Origin: Asterionella formosa | Taxonomy: Eukaryota | NCBI GenBank assembly: GCA_002256025.1 | Contig: NKIB01011728.1 | Coordinates: forward strand, 1-64,000 | Direction: 5' to 3' | Length of the DNA: 64,000 nt | In this document: positions 59,073 through 64,000 of the stretch, piece after piece | Layout of the letters: each line of letters starts with the position of its first letter | How positions within the stretch are numbered: position 1 is the stretch's first letter | Translations under genes and position numbers: made by a program | Notes under the pieces: model-generated | What the model saw: the letters and a program-made list of their open reading frames with translations, nothing else | Database searches by the model: none | What the model was told of the DNA's origin: nothing

Positions 59073-60242
59073 TTACAGTCTCTCTCGAAGTGTCCCAGAA
59101 AATGATTGTTGTTGTTGCCTTTGTTGGTGCTGCTGCTGTGACTGCGCCACAACCGCTTGGGTTGCGGCACTAATCCCAGTCAGGGCCGCCATGCCTGTCG
59201 TTTTCAGGGCAAGGAATACCAGTCGAACTGAAAGTAGAGCCGGCAACAGAACGTCGCCTGCTGATTGTAAGATTGGCGTGGCCACCCGTGCGGTGTGTTG
59301 GCCAAGGGGCGTGGCAAGGATCATGTCCGCAGGGAGGAGGGCGATATTGACTGCAGCGTCAATGAAAGTAGAGTGTTCAATAGTAAAGACAGCATTTCGA
59401 TGTAATCTCATGGTGGCTTTGTTGCTCCTAATGTCGTGAGAATCGTGTGGTAGGTGATACTCAACCAATATAAAGGAGCCTCTTGTTTGCAAGACACGCA
59501 TGGGTTGTAATGGTGGAAGCACGGGTCCGATGCTGCTGTCCCTGGCGAGTCTCGCGAAGGCTTCCAATGCCACCAAATCATTGTGCTGAGGCTGAATTCC
59601 GTTCGGTTGGTAGCTCACCAAAACCCTGACTCTTCCCGTTTCTTTCTCCGATGCAGCTGAATCTGTTTTGTGTATAGGAATCCATGCGTCAATAATTCCC
59701 ACATGCATGTCTCCATCCTTGTTCAGGCCTAAACACAATTCAGTCACATCCAATTGTCCCACCCCCAGCCACCTATCTTGGTCTGACGGAGCCATCAAAG
59801 GAACGAACCCTTCCGCGGGCGTCGAGTCTTCCATCACTCTGACCGTCAGTTGTACCGCGGCCCCATCCTGCAGTCCCTTGCGCAGCGGAAGCGAGCCCTG
59901 ACAGGCGTGCCACACGGGGTCGTCATTGCATGGTACCACAGGAGATTGGAACGACGACGTTGCCTGCTGGTTCAAGGACAGCACCACGAAACTGCTGACT
60001 TTACCGTGCGCCTTCGAGAGGCCTAAATGTTTGACGGGTCCCAGCGCCAGTGCGCTCCAGTATGACCGCTGCAGGGCGGCAGCTTCCAGCAACTGCACCT
60101 GGAACGTCCCAATGATGCCTTGCTGGTGATGCAACAGCCGATACGGAGAGTCTCGCACCGACTGCGAGGCGTCCCAGATGATCTTGTCGGGCTGGTGACA
60201 TGTCGAACGTAGGGCTCGAGTGGTTTCGTACGTGTTGGACAT
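59073..60242 (-). CDS. C2-domain-containing protein
   Basis: QVQLLEAAAL...SPVV.CNDDPVW...LTVRVME...LGVGQLDV...DAWIPI...GRVRVLVSY; hydrophobic C-terminal helix. Confidence 0.8.
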   Translation of the reverse strand: MSNTYETTRALRSTCHQPDKIIWDASQSVRDSPYRLLHHQQGIIGTFQVQLLEAAALQRSYWSALALGPVKHLGLSKAHGKVSSFVVLSLNQQATSSFQSPVVPCNDDPVWHACQGSLPLRKGLQDGAAVQLTVRVMEDSTPAEGFVPLMAPSDQDRWLGVGQLDVTELCLGLNKDGDMHVGIIDAWIPIHKTDSAASEKETGRVRVLVSYQPNGIQPQHNDLVALEAFARLARDSSIGPVLPPLQPMRVLQTRGSFILVEYHLPHDSHDIRSNKATMRLHRNAVFTIEHSTFIDAAVNIALLPADMILATPLGQHTARVATPILQSAGDVLLPALLSVRLVFLALKTTGMAALTGISAATQAVVAQSQQQHQQRQQQQSFSGTLRERL

Positions 60243-60373
60243 GGTTGTTTGTTGTTTGGGTGCTTCACTGGTACTCCCTCTGTCTAGTAGGTAGTTAAAA
60301 CTTACACCGGTACCGGTACTTATCGTTGCTAGCCTGCTTCGTTTTGGTACTGTACCGGTAGGCAGTTTTCAAT

Positions 60374-60470
60374 GCTCCATTTGATTCATTGGACCATAAT
60401 CGAGTCCACAATTTTCGCGAGTCATAACAATAGCCATTGATACCGGTACTACATACGGTATATTCTTGAC
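60374..60470 (-). mobile_element. Fragment of the copia LTR 5' end in a bidirectional promoter
   Basis: Aligns to 471-549 (33/37 in the first block, then atagccattgat and tatattcttgac). Confidence 0.75.
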
Positions 60471-60471
60471 C

Positions 60472-61710
60472 ATGGTGGAACCAACATCAACTTCATCACC
60501 CATGCAGCACCAAGTGGAGTCGACCATTGAAGGTGTCATCTTTAGTAAATCGATCCGATCGTACTTCTTTATCCTACATGTTGTGATCACGGAACAAGAA
60601 AGGCATGTGGTGGTCCGCATTCAAGTCGCAGAGGATGAAAGAGCAACTGAGTTGAGGTCCTGGTGTCGTCGATCGCTCAAACTGGGAGATTTGTTAACAA
60701 TTCGAGGGTGTTGGAGCAAGGCTAACTATGGAACAGATCAAAATGATGCGAGACTGGTCGTTAATGTTTTCTCTACAGAAGATGCCAACGAACGAATTCA
60801 GGTCAAACAAATTCATACATGGAACATGGAAGAATGTCAACTTTGGCAACAACAATACTGTGCAACCAACAAAAATAATCAACTACCGCCAGACAAGAAA
60901 CGTAAGTGTCAAGAAGAAAAGAAGGAATTAGAGAGTACCATCAAGTGCAGGCATGGAGGTGGAAGGGGCAAGCGAAACCAAGCTGAACTTCTTGCCAATT
61001 TTCTACTCCACATGATGTCGCAAGAACGAAACGATGATGACTCGGTTGAGCCTTTCAACTGGACAGAGCCTCTTTTGAATAAAAAGATTAGAAAAAAGGC
61101 AATAGATCTGCTCAACACAGGATCAGGCGTGATCGATGCCGCAGGAGGAAGTGGCCATGTTTCCATGGCCTTGGGTCTCGTGGGGGTCAAATCAACCGTA
61201 GTGGATCCTCGAGAATCCGTTGGAAAGCTACCGGGTAGAGATCGAAAGGCTTGGAACCGAGCATTACGAAGCAATTTAGTAAAAGCAAGCTGTGAGATGT
61301 CGGGAGGAACCCTCTTTTGTCAACCATTTGATACCATCCGCGCGTGGTTCGCTTCGAGGCCTGAGGGTGTGAATGAGAGCTTTCGCAATGTGGATGCTGC
61401 AGATGTTCCGGTGTGTGACGAAAATCATGATTTGATGACACAGTGTTCGGCAATTGTAGCTCTTCATCCAGATGAGGCAACTGACGCTATCGTTGATATG
61501 GCAGTTCAGCAAAAGAAGCCCTTTGTTATAGTTCCTTGTTGTGTCTTTGCACGATTGTTTCCGAATCGATATAACCCAAATAGCCCAGGGAACCCAGTGA
61601 CAACATACGAGGATCTTGTGGACTATCTAGCTGCCAAACACAGTGATATTAAAAGAACAGAGCTTCCGTTTCTAGGTGCAAACGTTGCGTTATGGGCTAC
61701 ATTTAATTAG
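60472..61710 (+). CDS. Conserved hypothetical protein: OB-fold-like N-domain + SAM-methyltransferase-like domain
   Basis: LKLGDLLTIRG (OB-fold-like); VIDAAGGSGHVS, TVVDPR, ALHPDEATDAIVD, PFVIVPCCVF. Confidence 0.75.
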   Translation: MVEPTSTSSPMQHQVESTIEGVIFSKSIRSYFFILHVVITEQERHVVVRIQVAEDERATELRSWCRRSLKLGDLLTIRGCWSKANYGTDQNDARLVVNVFSTEDANERIQVKQIHTWNMEECQLWQQQYCATNKNNQLPPDKKRKCQEEKKELESTIKCRHGGGRGKRNQAELLANFLLHMMSQERNDDDSVEPFNWTEPLLNKKIRKKAIDLLNTGSGVIDAAGGSGHVSMALGLVGVKSTVVDPRESVGKLPGRDRKAWNRALRSNLVKASCEMSGGTLFCQPFDTIRAWFASRPEGVNESFRNVDAADVPVCDENHDLMTQCSAIVALHPDEATDAIVDMAVQQKKPFVIVPCCVFARLFPNRYNPNSPGNPVTTYEDLVDYLAAKHSDIKRTELPFLGANVALWATFN

Positions 61711-61725
61711 ATTATTGCGCAAGAA

Positions 61726-64000
61726 CTAAATAAATCGTCTGCTCAGCAACCGCTTTCCGATATCTTTTCGCCTTTCTTTGTCGTATCTGGTTTGCCTTGT
61801 ACCATTCTGAAAGTCGATTCTTCGGTATGATGCGATGAGCTCTTTGCATCGACCAAGCTCAAAATTAGCTCCCTCCTCAATATTCTGAAGGATTTTGTCT
61901 ATTCCACTTCCACTGATCTTCGTAATGGCGCGAAGGCGATTGACAATATCCACTGTTTGTGTCGCCGCCTCGTTCAAAAGATTCCGCATGTCCTCGAACT
62001 GTTGAGACTGTTGCTCCAGGGGCGGGTCGATGCATTCCTCTGAACGAAAGAATCGCGACCAAAGACTATTTCTCAGTTCGGCAAATGAAGAATGATTCCC
62101 TTCCTTTCCAGATAAACTTTTCCCTATGAGGGTGACAGTATCATCTGCTTTTGACATCATGGTTTCCAAAGATTTCAATTGTTGAGACTTATCGGAAGTT
62201 CGGGATATAACTTCTTTCGTAACCGCGTCGACGAGTACACCAGCTTCAAATGGCAACATCGTGACAACGATCATTAATCGTCGCAGTTGCTCAGGAGAAA
62301 ATTCTATAACCTTTCCCGCTGCTTCATCTGTTGCAGACACGAGAATTCTTTGAGTAAGAGCGAGGATTTCTGCTTTTATGATTTCAACCTCTGAAGTACT
62401 TGCAATGACGAATTCTTCGACAGTATCTTCAGAGATTTGGGGAAGGGAATCAGCTTCTTTTTCACTACATAATGTAAGGGCAATGTCAACGAGTTTTTCG
62501 CTGTCTTGAACTAATCTCCTGGCCTTTGCAAGGATTTCAATCAGATTGCAGAGTTCAGAATGCTCCAAGCTTGCGAGTTCTCGAGTTTCAAATGAAGTTA
62601 ACACGCGAACCACAAACGAAGGGTTACTGCTTAAAAAGTCCATTGATATCACTCCAATAAGGAATTTTGTGAGCGACGTGGTCGAAAGTGTTGAAATCTG
62701 GTCATCTGAAAGAAGAATTTTATCGGTGACGAGGTGGAGTTTGCGATGAGCTGACAGTAAGTTGTCGTCCTTATTTTCATGATGCACTCCGAGCTCACCA
62801 AGGGACCAAATCAAATTGGATAAATCCCAAGGCGAGACTTTCAACAAGGACAGCACATCTGGCACATTATCATTGGAAACACCAAGAATTTCGTTCAGTA
62901 GTTGAACGACCCGTCTTGCGTAGAGTTTTGTCACTGTTTCCCTTCCATATCCGGGGATCTTGTTACTGGCACATGCCATGCAGAGACGGATAATGTCTTT
63001 CATTGATGTTTCTTTCATCAGGGTTCCATGCCTCGATACAAGCAGTCTGACAGCGATTCGTGCAACTGTCCAAGCCCCCTTGATCTCAGGGTGATTAGCT
63101 GCAAACTTGGCTAAACCAGAAGCAAGTTTGCAAAGGGTTGCGGGGTCTGTAGACAAATCGCGAAGCAGCGGCAACGACGTTTTCTCTGGCACAACTGACA
63201 ACAAATCGTCGTCAATGTCAAACTCGCCCACCCGTTGGTCAAGGAGAGCAGGGTACAATACTCTTGGTCGGCCAAGGAATGACGAGTATCGAATAGAATC
63301 TTCAGCATGAGAGCTGTCGTGGGATGATGTAGCCCCTGACTTTCCACTTTCCCATCTCAACAGGGAAGCGTCTAAGATTGAAAGTATCCGACCAAGCGGC
63401 TCTGCTAGTGTCGGATCCATTCTTGTATCATCTTTATGGTAGAGAATCAGAAAAGCCCATGCAACTCTTGCCTGGTCATTTTTTAGCAGCGCAAATAATG
63501 GTCAGAACACGCAATACTGAAATAAGTTTGATAGAATGATTCATTCTGGAAAAACGTACCAGATCTTCTGATCCAAAAACTGGGAGGTTTGTAGCTGCTA
63601 TTCGCAAGCAAAGGGCAGCTAATCGACTTGCTTCGGGCGAGGACCGGGTCGAGGAGTCCAGCAATATTGTTGTTGTCAAAGCAATGGACCATGTCAAGCG
63701 ACCTATTTCAGGAGGTTGGAAATGATGAAGCAGTGTCGATCTTTCATTATCGTTGCTATGATTGTCTCCTAGCGAAAGCGCTTCCCGTGCAATCAAGTCG
63801 GTAATGGTCAAGCATGATGTTGAATTTAAGGCACCTCCTTCTGAGCTTCCAATGTCTGCCCTTCTTGCTATCGCCCAAGCCAGGTTGGCCAGATCACCTC
63901 CGACGAGACCTGAAGCACGATCGTTTCCTCGGGTCATGAAGATATCTAGAACTAAGTCAACAATTCTCACTCGCAATGAGTCGTTGAGCTCGGTGGCGGC
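61726..64000 (-). CDS. Large helical-repeat (OPR/RAP-associated-like) protein, 5' end outside the window (intron 63472-63559)
   Basis: Recurrent DLANLAWA, EIGRLTWS, DLARVAWAF, DLSNLIWSLG motifs; a GTACGT...CCAG intron joins the ORFs in frame. Confidence 0.7.

Overview
Eukaryotic nuclear DNA, almost certainly from a diatom: short GT-AG introns (mostly 80-150 nt), bipartite plastid presequences with an 'AF/SF/GF' cleavage motif, a CYP97, an HSF and CoDi-like copia gag. About 19 protein-coding genes lie in compact islands separated by AT-rich blocks of decayed transposons. Genes include a trypsin with Cys-rich repeats, a photolyase-like/alpha-beta hydrolase fusion, MIP18/CIA2, DUF3593-Ycf49, a TauD-type dioxygenase, CYP97, a pentapeptide lumen protein, an HSF, UBA2/SAE2, CAX, a PPR-like protein, a zf-DNL protein, an NAD(P)-binding protein and a C2 protein. 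Transposon remains include a copia 5' LTR plus gag start, a Mutator-like transposase, a non-LTR RT/RNase H element, a mariner-like relic and tiny MITEs. The most notable unannotated structure is a set of four short retroposed insertions sharing a 3' signature (CTATAAAA followed by a T-rich tail), three of them with recognisable target-site duplications. They are two copies of a tRNA-derived SINE, a second tRNA-headed SINE type and a 597-bp 5'-truncated putative partner LINE end. Also notable are GGTACC/CCAGGTA motif clusters at gene 5' ends, an HSF gene between ~450-bp inverted repeats, an LTR fragment in a bidirectional promoter and a run of plastid-targeted genes around CYP97. All calls were made by eye; no database searches or alignment tools were run.
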